The notes beneath the pieces were generated by a model, which saw nothing but the letters and a program-made list of their open reading frames with translations, was not told the origin of the DNA and did no database searches. This document shows, piece after piece, positions 40,886 through 49,911 of a stretch of DNA of 64,000 bases. Every line of letters starts with the position of its first letter. The stretch's first letter is position 1. The position numbers and the translations under genes are program-made. The DNA lies in the NCBI GenBank assembly GCA_964441275.1, contig CAYTUG010000009.1, positions 617-64,616 of the forward strand, in the 5' to 3' direction. The stretch is from an uncultured Christensenellaceae bacterium. Its GTDB lineage: Bacteria > Bacillota > Clostridia > Christensenellales > SZUA-584.

Positions 40886-41737
40886 TTATAAAGCGTCCGC
40901 ATTTGCGTGCAAACTTTCCTTTAACCTTGTTTCAAGGCTCTTTAAATCAAGGTTTCCCGCCTCGGGCAGCGAAGCCTTAATAATAGAAAGCTGATCGAAT
41001 AATGTGTTGACTTTTATGTTTTTTTCAATTTCTTTTTTCAACCGGTTGCTAAGAATGGCGTTTTCTTTTCTCAGACTTTCATTTTGGCCAGAAACCTCGT
41101 CTATTTCTTTTTCTATCTGCTTGTTTATAACCGCCAGTCCCGCAATTTTTGAAAGCCCTTTAAAAAAACTTTTAACATCAACATCGGATGACATCAAAGT
41201 ATTTACTACAGTTTCGGGGATAAAGCGATTCTCTTTAGTTATAAATGCGGTTGATTTATGAGTTTCATAAGGATTTATATACTTCTCGCCCTCTTTATCC
41301 ATGTCCGCCATAACCTTTTCAATTAGCTGTCTGCCGTTTTTTATTAGGCTTCTGTATTTGTTTTGATATCTGAGCATTAACGTTTTATCGCCGTTTGCAA
41401 GCTTCAAACTCGCACCCCTTATAGATTCGCCGTTTGCCGCCGCGCCAAGCAGTGTGCGAAGCAGCATATAGATTTCTTCTTTTGTAAACGGTGTGAAAGT
41501 TGAAGGTTTCTGCACAATATCGCCCGTTTCTTTAACTTTCATGTAATAATAGTTTCTTACGCTGTTTGGCTTGCGTCCTGTTTTGCGCGCTACCGTTTCA
41601 AAAACGCGCTTAAGCGGTGCGCCAATCTTTTGGGCATTTTTGATTTCGTCCCAAAGCATTAGTTTTTCGTCGTCTTTCCAGCCCGTTCGAAGTGTTATTT
41701 CGAAATTGTTAAGGCCCGTCTCGCTGTTCATATCCAT
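40886..41737 (-). CDS. RsfA-like regulator: tandem Myb/SANT-like DNA-binding repeats plus C-terminal coiled coil
   Basis: RTGWKDDEKLMLWDEI...KTGRKPNSVRNYYY (Myb-like W/aromatic spacing), a second weaker repeat, and a C-terminal heptad region (QNESLRKENAILSNRLKKEIEKN), as in B. subtilis RsfA. Confidence 0.5.
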   Translation of the reverse strand: MDMNSETGLNNFEITLRTGWKDDEKLMLWDEIKNAQKIGAPLKRVFETVARKTGRKPNSVRNYYYMKVKETGDIVQKPSTFTPFTKEEIYMLLRTLLGAAANGESIRGASLKLANGDKTLMLRYQNKYRSLIKNGRQLIEKVMADMDKEGEKYINPYETHKSTAFITKENRFIPETVVNTLMSSDVDVKSFFKGLSKIAGLAVINKQIEKEIDEVSGQNESLRKENAILSNRLKKEIEKNIKVNTLFDQLSIIKASLPEAGNLDLKSLETRLKESLHANADAL

Positions 41738-41949
41738 ATTACCTACCCCTCATAGATTTTAATGTATATTATTCTCTTATAGCATTCTATTTAAACCGTG
41801 TTTTAACAAAAATATTAAAGCAAACATAAAATCCGTTTGCTTTTGTAAACTGTATATATTTATCTGTATATAAATATGCTAAGTTAAGGCCTGTTAGAAT
41901 TGTGTATCAGTTACCGCACTGCCGAATATACTTAAAAAGGGGACTAAAT

Positions 41950-42999
41950 ATGGAAGATAAGATTATTAAATTACTATACATCAACTCTAAAGTACATTCG
42001 CTTATTAATATTAATCAATCGCCCGCAGGTGAAACGGGTATAGCGGCGGTTACACAACCGATAGCGGCGAATTCCACCTTTTTTATTACAATGCTGCCGC
42101 TGAAAAATGCAAATAATTTTGTGTACCTGCCATATACGCGCAGAATATCGATTTCATCTAAAGGCATGGTTTTTGATAACGACGGGCTGATTGATATTTG
42201 CGTATGGCCAAACAATATAATTGAACTAAATCTTTATCCGCAGGCGGTCTATAAAGGCGCAGGAGCGCAAATTTGCCCTGCGCTGCTCGCCGTTACGGAT
42301 TTTTATATTGGCGGGGAAAAACACACGGCATTCATATACAACGAGGCATATTCAAGCTTTGTAGTCGAACATGCGGCTTCAGGCAGGCTTAAGTTTATTG
42401 CTCATTTACCGTATAGCGTTGTAAGCGCGGAAATAGGTTTTTACAGGATTGCCGAACTGCCCATAGTGTGTGCAACCGGCAAAACCGCAGAGCAAGAGCA
42501 CTTTATTTACGTCGCCCAGCTAACGCCGGAAATTAGCACCGCAATTTGTACCGTTTGCGCTCAGTACAATATTGAAAAGGATTCGATATTTGTAGTTAAA
42601 GACGGCTTATATCGCCAGGTAAAGACAAAATGGGAGCAGCGCAACCAAGCGCTCGTGCCGATTGAAAGCAAATTAGGTTGGCATACATGCGGTCCTATTA
42701 CCGCGCAACAACCCGCGCAAATTTACAACGCACTTTTAGAAGCGATAAAAGAAAAAGCGCCTGACATCGCGATGGCATGTTTAACGCGCTCGCTTGCGGA
42801 AGGATTATCATTTTCAGATTTGGTAGAGTTCTTCGGCGATTTTGAATCCGTCGCGCAAACGCTGTCTCCGGCTTGCGGGCAAGAAGGGATTGCGCTTAAA
42901 TATTCCGTGGGAGAAAACCTATATTCGGCGCGCGAATTCTGTGTGGAAACAAAGAAAACGGATACGGGGTTATTGATCGATAACATTTGCGAGCCTTAA
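41950..42999 (+). CDS. Hypothetical protein (349 aa, soluble, no recognised domain)
   Basis: Long ORF with coding-like composition. ATG 41950 is preceded by AAAAGGGGA. Divergent from the RsfA-like gene. Confidence 0.6.
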   Translation: MEDKIIKLLYINSKVHSLININQSPAGETGIAAVTQPIAANSTFFITMLPLKNANNFVYLPYTRRISISSKGMVFDNDGLIDICVWPNNIIELNLYPQAVYKGAGAQICPALLAVTDFYIGGEKHTAFIYNEAYSSFVVEHAASGRLKFIAHLPYSVVSAEIGFYRIAELPIVCATGKTAEQEHFIYVAQLTPEISTAICTVCAQYNIEKDSIFVVKDGLYRQVKTKWEQRNQALVPIESKLGWHTCGPITAQQPAQIYNALLEAIKEKAPDIAMACLTRSLAEGLSFSDLVEFFGDFESVAQTLSPACGQEGIALKYSVGENLYSAREFCVETKKTDTGLLIDNICEP

Positions 43000-43050
43000 T
43001 AAAAAAGAGCCAAAACGCAATAGCTCTTAAATATTCCGGATGTTAAGTTA

Positions 43051-44115
43051 TTAAACAGACATTATCCAGCCAAATTCGTCTTTTTCCCTGCCGTATTGTA
43101 TCCCTGTAAGCATATCGTAAAGCCGTGATGTAAGATTGCCCATTTTGCCATCCGCAACCTTGATATATTTGCCGTTCCAATTTAAACCGCCGACCGGAGA
43201 TACTACAGCCGCGGTTCCGGCTCCGAACACTTCTTCTAAACCGCCCGATTTTGCTTCGTCAAACACTTCCGAAATGGCAAGCTTCTCTTGATGCACATTT
43301 ACGCCAAAAACATCTGCAAGGCGGATTATTGAATCGCGGGTGATGCCGGGCAGTATGCTGCCCGAAAGAGGAGCGGTATATAGCTCGCCTCTTATTTTAA
43401 AGAAGATGTTCATCGAGCCCACTTCCTCAACGTATTTCTTCTCTTTGCCGTCAAGCCAAAGAACCTGGGAAAAGCCTTTTTTTGACGCCAATTCTGCCGC
43501 CGCAAGGCTTGCGGCGTAATTCCCGCCTGTTTTTACGGAGCCTGTTCCGCCAATAACGGCGCGGACGTATTCATTCTCTACATATATATCTATCGGCTTT
43601 AAGCCGGACGAATAATACGCGCCAACCGGCGATAAAATTATGTAAAACAGATACTCGTTTGCCGCACGCACTCCTATATAAGGATCTGTGGCTATTAGAG
43701 TCGGGCGTATATACAGCGATGTGCCTTCGGAACGCGGAATCCAGCCGCGCTCTAAATCGATAAGTTTACACAAAGCGTCAAGCGCAAATTTTTCGTCGAT
43801 TTCCGGCATGCATATGCGGCGCGCCGAATCATTAAACCGTGAAAAATTATCCCATGGCCGAAAAAGGTTAACCCCGCCATTTTGGGTGCGGTACGCTTTT
43901 AAACCTTCGAATATTGTTTGAGCATAATGAAGCACCATGCATGCCGGCGAAAGCGACAAATTTTCATAAGGACGGATTTGCGCATTATGCCATCCTTTGC
44001 CGGTTTTGTAGGAAACGGTAAGCATATGGTCGGTAAATATTGTCCCGAAGCCTAAACTTGTTTCATCCTGCGGTTTCTGTTTTGGGTTTTGGGTTTTGTT
44101 TATAGTTAGATTCAT
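43051..44115 (-). CDS. ilvE: Branched-chain amino acid aminotransferase (fold type IV)
   Basis: 354 aa. ...GFGTIFTDHM..., the EGLKAYR motif and the C-terminal region are typical of long-form IlvE. Confidence 0.92.
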   Translation of the reverse strand: MNLTINKTQNPKQKPQDETSLGFGTIFTDHMLTVSYKTGKGWHNAQIRPYENLSLSPACMVLHYAQTIFEGLKAYRTQNGGVNLFRPWDNFSRFNDSARRICMPEIDEKFALDALCKLIDLERGWIPRSEGTSLYIRPTLIATDPYIGVRAANEYLFYIILSPVGAYYSSGLKPIDIYVENEYVRAVIGGTGSVKTGGNYAASLAAAELASKKGFSQVLWLDGKEKKYVEEVGSMNIFFKIRGELYTAPLSGSILPGITRDSIIRLADVFGVNVHQEKLAISEVFDEAKSGGLEEVFGAGTAAVVSPVGGLNWNGKYIKVADGKMGNLTSRLYDMLTGIQYGREKDEFGWIMSV

Positions 44116-44293
44116 TAGGGTATCTCCTTAGCAGCTCAACACCTGAATTTCTAATGTATTGTATAACTCTTAAACGGCTTAGTCAACAATTGAGCGCTAA
44201 GTTATCAAAATAACCGGCAACGGTATATCCCGCCTATGCAAAGCGTATCATTATTGATATAATATCAGAACAATATATTGGAGAAAAGTAACT

Positions 44294-45079
44294 ATGAGTA
44301 TTTTGGAAGCGATAGTGCTTGGTATTGTGCAAGGGCTTACAGAGTTTTTGCCCGTGTCGAGCAGCGGGCACCTTGTGTTGTTGCATAACGTATTCGGCAT
44401 AGCGGAGCCTATGCTGTTTTTTGATACAATGCTTCATGCAGGCACTTTAATCGCAGTATTTATTGTGTTGCGGCAACAGATTCTTTTAATTTTCAAACCG
44501 CCCTTTTACAAGATGTGGTATTTGATTGTAGCGACAATACCCGCCGTGGTGTACGTGCTGTTGTTGAATGATTTTGCTGAAAGCATGTTTACGGGTTATC
44601 TGCTTGGCTATTCATTTTTGCTTACGGCGGCTTTGCTTTTTGCGGCGGAAATAGTTGCGGCAAGGTTAAAACGAAAACGGGAAATAAAAACAGGCGTTTC
44701 GGCTGTAATGGGATTGCTGCAGGTTGTGGGGACATTGCCCGGGGTTTCGCGTTCAGGCTCAACAATTGCGGGGGGACTTGCGTGCGGTGTCGATAGAAAA
44801 CAATGCGCTGCGTTTTCATTTTTGATGTCCATACCTGCAATTTTAGGCGCGTTATTGTTTCAAAGTATCAAATTGATTAAAGAACCAATGGTCAACATTA
44901 ATTGGTCTGCAACTGTTGTAGGCACTTTATGTGCCGCGATAGCAGGGTATTTCGCGGTAAAGTTTATGCTTGCGTTAATTACTCGGAAAAGATTGTATGG
45001 ATTCGCCATTTATGTGGCTGTGCTTGGCGTATTGGTGTTGTTAGATAGATATTTGATTGGGTTTATCTCCTGGGCATAA
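44294..45079 (+). CDS. uppP: Undecaprenyl-diphosphate phosphatase
   Basis: MSILEAIVLGIVQGLTEFLPVSSSGHLVL and the PGVSRSGSTI motif. Confidence 0.95.
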   Translation: MSILEAIVLGIVQGLTEFLPVSSSGHLVLLHNVFGIAEPMLFFDTMLHAGTLIAVFIVLRQQILLIFKPPFYKMWYLIVATIPAVVYVLLLNDFAESMFTGYLLGYSFLLTAALLFAAEIVAARLKRKREIKTGVSAVMGLLQVVGTLPGVSRSGSTIAGGLACGVDRKQCAAFSFLMSIPAILGALLFQSIKLIKEPMVNINWSATVVGTLCAAIAGYFAVKFMLALITRKRLYGFAIYVAVLGVLVLLDRYLIGFISWA

Positions 45080-45100
45080 AGTATAGTTGGAGGTTGTCAA

Positions 45101-46465
45101 ATGATTGATTTTAGCTTTAGACCGTACGAACGGGCGATGGTGTCTGTGTTAAAGGAGTTTTTAAAAATAAAAAGCGTGAAAAGCGCCGCACTGCCGAATA
45201 TGCCTTATGGTAAGGGTATTTTTGACGCGCTTATGTTTATTCAAAGCACTGCGGAAAAGATGGATTTGGAATGCGTGAACCTTTACGGTCACTTAGCATA
45301 CGTGGATTATGGAGACGGCGACGAGATGCTCGGGGTTTTGACGCATATAGACGTTGTTCCCGAAGGGGATGGCTGGACATTACCCGCATTTGAGGGAATA
45401 GAAAAAGACGGTAAAATATTTGGGCGGGGGGCAATAGACGATAAAGGCCCGGCGATTGCCGCATTATATGCTTTAAAAGCGTTAAGCGATAATTGTATTC
45501 AGCTTAACAAAAAGGTCAGGCTAATTTTTGGCGCGGACGAAGAATCGGGTTGGAACGACATAGAGTTTTACAAAAAGCACGAGCCTTTGCCCCAAATTGC
45601 GTTTTCTCCGGATGGCGAGTTTCCCGTAATCAACGCGGAAAAAGGGCTTTTGCATGTTGAGTTGGAGCATAACATGGATGAAGAATCATTTTTGGTGAGC
45701 TTTGATGCAGGGACGAGGGTTAACGTTGTGCCCAACAAAGCGAAATGTGTTGTCAGAGTGCCTTTTGATATTGTTCAAAAGAGCGTTACGGATTATAAAT
45801 GTCCTGTTGGCGGACGGTTTGAAACGCAGGATATTGGAAACGGGCTTGCCGGAATAATTGCGTTTGGCAGAAGCGCGCATGGTTCGCGCCCGTATGACGG
45901 AATCAATGCAGCCGCATCGTTGCTTTTATATTTGAATTCGCTTACCGGCTATGGATTTGAAGACAGCACCGTTAAAACGCTTGCCGAAAAGATCGGCGCA
46001 TACCATTATGGAGAGCAAATTGAACTTAATATATCGGACGAATCGGGCAGGCTGACTCTTAACCTTGGCGTTTTGACAGTTAAAGCCGCAAAGTTAAAAG
46101 CGAACGTAGACATAAGATACCCCATATCGTATACAAGAGGGCAAATTGAACACAAATTAGACAAACACTTTCCCGATTATAAAATAAACTATGTGCATGC
46201 GCTTGCACCGCATTATGTTCCTGAGGATAGCCCTCTTGTTGAAGCGCTAAAACAAGCCTATACCGAAGTTACTGGAGAGCCTGCTTATTGTGTGGCTATA
46301 GGAGGCGCAACATATGCGCGTGCTTTTGACAATGCGGTTACATTCGGGCCGTTGTTCCCCGGCAAACCGAGCGTAGAGCACGGGCCCGACGAATATATTG
46401 AAATTGATACGTTAGTTAAAAACGCTCACATAATTGCAAACTCTATTATGAAACTTTGCGGGTGA
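45101..46465 (+). CDS. pepV: M20-family dipeptidase PepV-like (Sapep family)
   Basis: HIDVVPEGDGW...GRGAIDDKGP and GADEESGW metal-binding motifs. 454 aa. Confidence 0.85.
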   Translation: MIDFSFRPYERAMVSVLKEFLKIKSVKSAALPNMPYGKGIFDALMFIQSTAEKMDLECVNLYGHLAYVDYGDGDEMLGVLTHIDVVPEGDGWTLPAFEGIEKDGKIFGRGAIDDKGPAIAALYALKALSDNCIQLNKKVRLIFGADEESGWNDIEFYKKHEPLPQIAFSPDGEFPVINAEKGLLHVELEHNMDEESFLVSFDAGTRVNVVPNKAKCVVRVPFDIVQKSVTDYKCPVGGRFETQDIGNGLAGIIAFGRSAHGSRPYDGINAAASLLLYLNSLTGYGFEDSTVKTLAEKIGAYHYGEQIELNISDESGRLTLNLGVLTVKAAKLKANVDIRYPISYTRGQIEHKLDKHFPDYKINYVHALAPHYVPEDSPLVEALKQAYTEVTGEPAYCVAIGGATYARAFDNAVTFGPLFPGKPSVEHGPDEYIEIDTLVKNAHIIANSIMKLCG

Positions 46466-46716
46466 TCAGCTTGAGGGTATGGGGCAAGATTAAGGTTGAA
46501 GATTCTATAATTTTGGAAACGACGCTTAAAGCAAAAAGTCTTGAGGATGCGGTTGATTCGCTGTGCGCATTTTTTGATTTATCTAAGCCAATAATCTGCA
46601 AGAAGCACTTTAGCGAAATTGATTCGTTTTCAAGAACTGTTTTTTATGCGGATGACTTCGTGGAAAGGGTTTTATTCGACTGTCTTGAACTTGAAATAAT
46701 AGATGACGCAAAATAA
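46456..46716 (+). CDS. Small hypothetical protein (about 80-86 aa; start uncertain, TTG/GTG candidates at 46456/46462/46471)
   Basis: ORF overlapping the pepV stop, acidic C-terminus, no family recognised. Confidence 0.35.
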   Translation: MRVISLRVWGKIKVEDSIILETTLKAKSLEDAVDSLCAFFDLSKPIICKKHFSEIDSFSRTVFYADDFVERVLFDCLELEIIDDAK

Positions 46717-46836
46717 CGGTTCTATGTTTTGTGTGTTAATGAGAAAGAGCCGTTTATGCAGCAGACAAATTCGGTTTGCTGCATAAACGACTGCGCTTGT
46801 AGTCTAAATAGCGTTGGGTGACGCGCATATTGGGTG

Positions 46837-46865
46837 TTGACTTTTCTAATGCGGATGTTTAAAAT
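46837..46865 (+). promoter_or_regulatory. Sigma-A promoter of tRNA-Leu
   Basis: TTGACT (46837-42), 17 nt, TAAAAT (46860-65), about 27 nt upstream of the mature tRNA 5' end. Confidence 0.6.
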
Positions 46866-46891
46866 CATATTTGCTGATTGATATGAATTAT

Positions 46892-46975
46892 GCGAGGGTG
46901 GCGGAACTGGCAGACGCGCACGTTTGAGGGGCGTGTGGTTATACCGTAGGGGTTCAAGTCCCCTTCCTCGCACCA
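46892..46975 (+). tRNA. tRNA-Leu (anticodon GAG), CCA encoded
   Basis: Hand-folded cloverleaf. Acceptor GCGAGGG/TCCTCGC. Anticodon stem CACGT/GCGTG with loop TTGAGGG. Long variable arm. T-arm AGGGG-TTCAAGT-CCCCT. Discriminator A followed by CCA. Confidence 0.9.
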
Positions 46976-47123
46976 CTGTTTTATCGCATCATATGGGGCG
47001 AAACTTATTGCAAGGTTTTTCAAAGTACACACTCTATTTTAGCACCAAAGTTTGAGGCCGGCGGCTTTTGTATCTTGCCGGAAAATCGGTAGCACAACCC
47101 TGCGGGCGGCTAAACCGAATAGA

Positions 47124-47303
47124 AAGAAGGCTTATATCGACTACATACAACAGTTAAAAAAGTTGCGAGAGCAAATAAATTGGACACAGAAAGAAATGAG
47201 CTAAAAACTCAACATACCGAAACGGACAATTGAAGATTGGGAGCGTGGCGCAAGAACGTCTTCCGAATAGGGTACAAGAATTAATACCTGAGAAGTTAAA
47301 AAA
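47124..47303 (+). pseudogene. Decayed XRE/Cro-like helix-turn-helix gene (nonsense mutation plus frameshift, no start codon)
   Basis: Reads KKAYIDYIQQLKKLREQINWTQKEMS*KLNIPKRTIEDWERGARTSSE*. It then continues out of frame as RLPNRVQELIPEKLKN. This is the typical small phage/ICE HTH pattern (...TQKE.A.KL.I...TI..WERG...). Confidence 0.55.
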
Positions 47304-47304
47304 C

Positions 47305-47332
47305 AGCCTCGGTTGAGAGGCTTTCTTTTTTT
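47305..47332 (+). terminator. Rho-independent terminator after the HTH pseudogene
   Basis: AGCCTC-GGTTGA-GAGGCT followed by TTCTTTTTTT. Confidence 0.6.
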
Positions 47333-47426
47333 CAAGGTACACGCAAAAGTATACACTTTGGTCTATAGCGGCGCTTATTGTTGCTGTATACGTATACATG
47401 CGCCCCTTTGCTTACCGGAGTTTTGG

Positions 47427-47503
47427 TGGTGGAGAATATCGGATTCGAACCGATGACCTCTTGACTGCCAGTCAAGCGCTCTAGCCAACTGAGCTAATCC
47501 CCC
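47427..47503 (-). tRNA. tRNA-Ala (anticodon GGC), CCA encoded
   Basis: Minus strand GGGGGATTAGCTCAGTTGGCTAGAGCGCTTGACTGGCAGTCAAGAGGTCATCGGTTCGAATCCGATATTCTCCACCA. Has the G3:U70 Ala identity pair and anticodon loop CTGGCAG. Confidence 0.9.
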
Positions 47504-47518
47504 GCTTATATGCACACA

Positions 47519-47547
47519 ATTGTAACGGCTTATTATTATGCTGTCAA
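47519..47547 (-). promoter_or_regulatory. Sigma-A promoter of tRNA-Ala
   Basis: Minus strand: TTGACA (47547-42), 17 nt, TACAAT (47524-19). Confidence 0.6.
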
Positions 47548-47698
47548 GACCCCAAAATACACGTCAAAAATGCGCCGTCGTTAAATTTAAAATAATTTTT
47601 TAACGAAGTCTATAATTTTCCGCGGTGTTTGCTATATCTCTTAAGGCTTGAAAATAAACTGCTTACAATGTATAATTTCAGCCGAAAAGGAGTATACA

Positions 47699-48232
47699 AT
47701 GGATCTATTACAACAGCCAAGCGTTTGGCTATATTTATTTGTCTTTTTTGGCAAAATACTCGAAGTTAGCGTTGCAACTGTGCGGCTTGTGCTTATAAAT
47801 CGCGGCGAAAGGCTAAAAGGCGCAATTACCGGTTTTTTTGAGATTTCATTATGGCTGATTGTTACGGGAACAGTGCTTGTGGGCTTTCAAACCGATATTT
47901 TACGCTGCTTGGTCTTTGCTGTTGCGTTTGCCTTGGGTAATTACTTAGGCTCTTGGCTTGAAGGAAAACTTGCGTTTGGGCAAAGTTCGATACAGGTGAT
48001 AATTAAGAAAGATGATAACGCTGCTATTCTAATAAACGAGCTGCGGGAAAGCGGCTTTGGAGTAACGGTCATGCAAGGCGAAGGCAAGGATTATTGCCGG
48101 CTTATACTTTTGCTGCATTTGAAAAGAAAGCGGATACCCGCGGCAATCTCGTTAATAAAGCGAAAACTATACGATGCGGTAATAACGGTTAATGATGTGC
48201 GCGTAATAAGCGGCGGTTTTATAAAAAAATAA
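47699..48232 (+). CDS. UPF0316 family membrane protein (DUF2179 C-terminal domain)
   Basis: 3 TM helices plus a C-terminal soluble domain ending ...VISGGFIKK, as in B. subtilis YebE-type UPF0316 proteins. ATG 47699 follows AAAAGGAG. Confidence 0.7.
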   Translation: MDLLQQPSVWLYLFVFFGKILEVSVATVRLVLINRGERLKGAITGFFEISLWLIVTGTVLVGFQTDILRCLVFAVAFALGNYLGSWLEGKLAFGQSSIQVIIKKDDNAAILINELRESGFGVTVMQGEGKDYCRLILLLHLKRKRIPAAISLIKRKLYDAVITVNDVRVISGGFIKK

Positions 48233-48238
48233 CGGGCG

Positions 48239-48517
48239 GTGAATGCCATAAAGGCTATCGTAACTGTAACCGGCAAAGACAAAACAGGCATAATTGCAAA
48301 AGTGTCCGCAGCCCTAAGCGACTACAATATAAACATACTCGACATCAGCCAAACTGTGCTGCAGGATTATTTCGCCATGATTATGCTTGTTGATACAAGC
48401 TTGTGCAGCGTGTCTTTTAACGAGCTTAGTTTAAAGCTTGAGCGAACAGGCAAAGAAATGTGCATGGACATACGAATAATGCGCGAAGAGCTATTCGATG
48501 CCATGCACCGTATATAA
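48239..48517 (+). CDS. ACT domain protein (UPF0237 family)
   Basis: AIVTVTGKDKTGIIAKVSAALSDYNINILDISQTVLQDYFAMIMLVD. GTG start. Confidence 0.75.
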   Translation: MNAIKAIVTVTGKDKTGIIAKVSAALSDYNINILDISQTVLQDYFAMIMLVDTSLCSVSFNELSLKLERTGKEMCMDIRIMREELFDAMHRI

Positions 48518-48518
48518 A

Positions 48519-49772
48519 CTATTTTTGCGTAGGGTCGTTTACAATGCCCATAAATGCGATAGAGCCGTCTTCTACCGAATAAATGGCAAAAACAAACGGC
48601 CGGTCTGCATAAAACTTTTCGGGTTCAACCTCTGGCGGGGCACCTGCGCCGCACATATCAACCGTAGTAACAGCCGCAGCTTCTGCGCCTAATTCGTCAA
48701 CCCTTATGTAGCACACGTGGTTTACGCTGCCAATGTAGAGAGTCTCGTTTGTTGGCTTTCCAACCATTGCAGAGAAATCCGCATTCTGCGAATCAAACGC
48801 CTTTGTCATTCCCATCTCTTTAAGCGTATTATTTAGATTGCTGTTAAATTTGAATTCGTATTTGGGCAAACGTATCAAAACCTCTTGTTCTTTTGCACCG
48901 CTTAACGCATTTGTAAATCTTTGCGCGTCAAGACATAAAAGCATGTCATCAACCATTTTGCCTTCTTTGGGCAGCAAGAATGCCATCGCGTATTTGCCCT
49001 CGTCTTCGTTGCTTTTGAAGTTTAACGAAATCATAGAAAAGTCATCGTCTTTATAGTATGGCACATGCCAATCGCTGTGCATAAAATCGGTGTTAACTGT
49101 TTCGCTGGGCGAGTAGAATTCGCACTTGTAAGTAGATTTAGCCTCAAAAGGCTGCTCCCAGTCCCCTAAGAAATAAAGCGCGTTGGCAAGTATCAAACGG
49201 GTGGATTCTTCAGGCTCTGTTTCAAATATTTCTACTATACGCCCGTGTGTCTTCTCATCCGCCCAATCGTTGACGGATTTTTTTGCGCCGGGTATTGCGA
49301 GCGGAAAAGCATCAGCCATATAATCTTGAGTACAAATGTTTACAAACCTTTCGCTAAACGGATATTCTTTTAAAAGCCAAATAGCGTTGGAAACTTGCAT
49401 TCCGCCTGTGTTGGCACGCCACATAAGCAACCGGCATGCCTCAACAATCTGCTCGTCGCTAAGCTCTGAAAGTTTTAACGTATCGCTTAATTCCTGTTTT
49501 GTATCTCCTGCCGCTCCCTCTCTCGCCATGCATAATGCAAGCTCTATGCTAATGGGGGAGAGTGCGATGTTGCTGTCTTGCTCATATAATAATTTCGCGG
49601 CGGCAAAGCCGAAGTTGTTTACCCCGTTAACAAAACCGCTGTCAATCGGCACTATAGGCTGCTTGCTTAACACCCCTTTGTATGAGATTGCCGCCGGGCT
49701 ATCCGCAACATCAGGCAATACTGAACATGCGCCTAATATCAATACCATAATCGCAACAAAAAGTTTTTTCAT
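48519..49772 (-). CDS. Serpin-family serine protease inhibitor, predicted lipoprotein
   Basis: Lipoprotein-type signal (MKKLFVAIMVLILGAC). Serpin hinge/RCL (DELGAEAAAVTTVDMCGAGAPPEV). C-terminal serpin signature FYADRPFVFAIY. Confidence 0.85.
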   Translation of the reverse strand: MKKLFVAIMVLILGACSVLPDVADSPAAISYKGVLSKQPIVPIDSGFVNGVNNFGFAAAKLLYEQDSNIALSPISIELALCMAREGAAGDTKQELSDTLKLSELSDEQIVEACRLLMWRANTGGMQVSNAIWLLKEYPFSERFVNICTQDYMADAFPLAIPGAKKSVNDWADEKTHGRIVEIFETEPEESTRLILANALYFLGDWEQPFEAKSTYKCEFYSPSETVNTDFMHSDWHVPYYKDDDFSMISLNFKSNEDEGKYAMAFLLPKEGKMVDDMLLCLDAQRFTNALSGAKEQEVLIRLPKYEFKFNSNLNNTLKEMGMTKAFDSQNADFSAMVGKPTNETLYIGSVNHVCYIRVDELGAEAAAVTTVDMCGAGAPPEVEPEKFYADRPFVFAIYSVEDGSIAFMGIVNDPTQK

Positions 49773-49911
49773 ATCATTATATCCTTTTAAGTTTTATAAA
49801 TGTTAGACGCTGAGCATTTTAATTAAGTTCCGCCGCAACCTAAATTGTTCATAAATATCGTTTTATCGGGAATAATAAACCAACAAAGAAATTAAAAAGG
49901 GAGGCTGCAAA

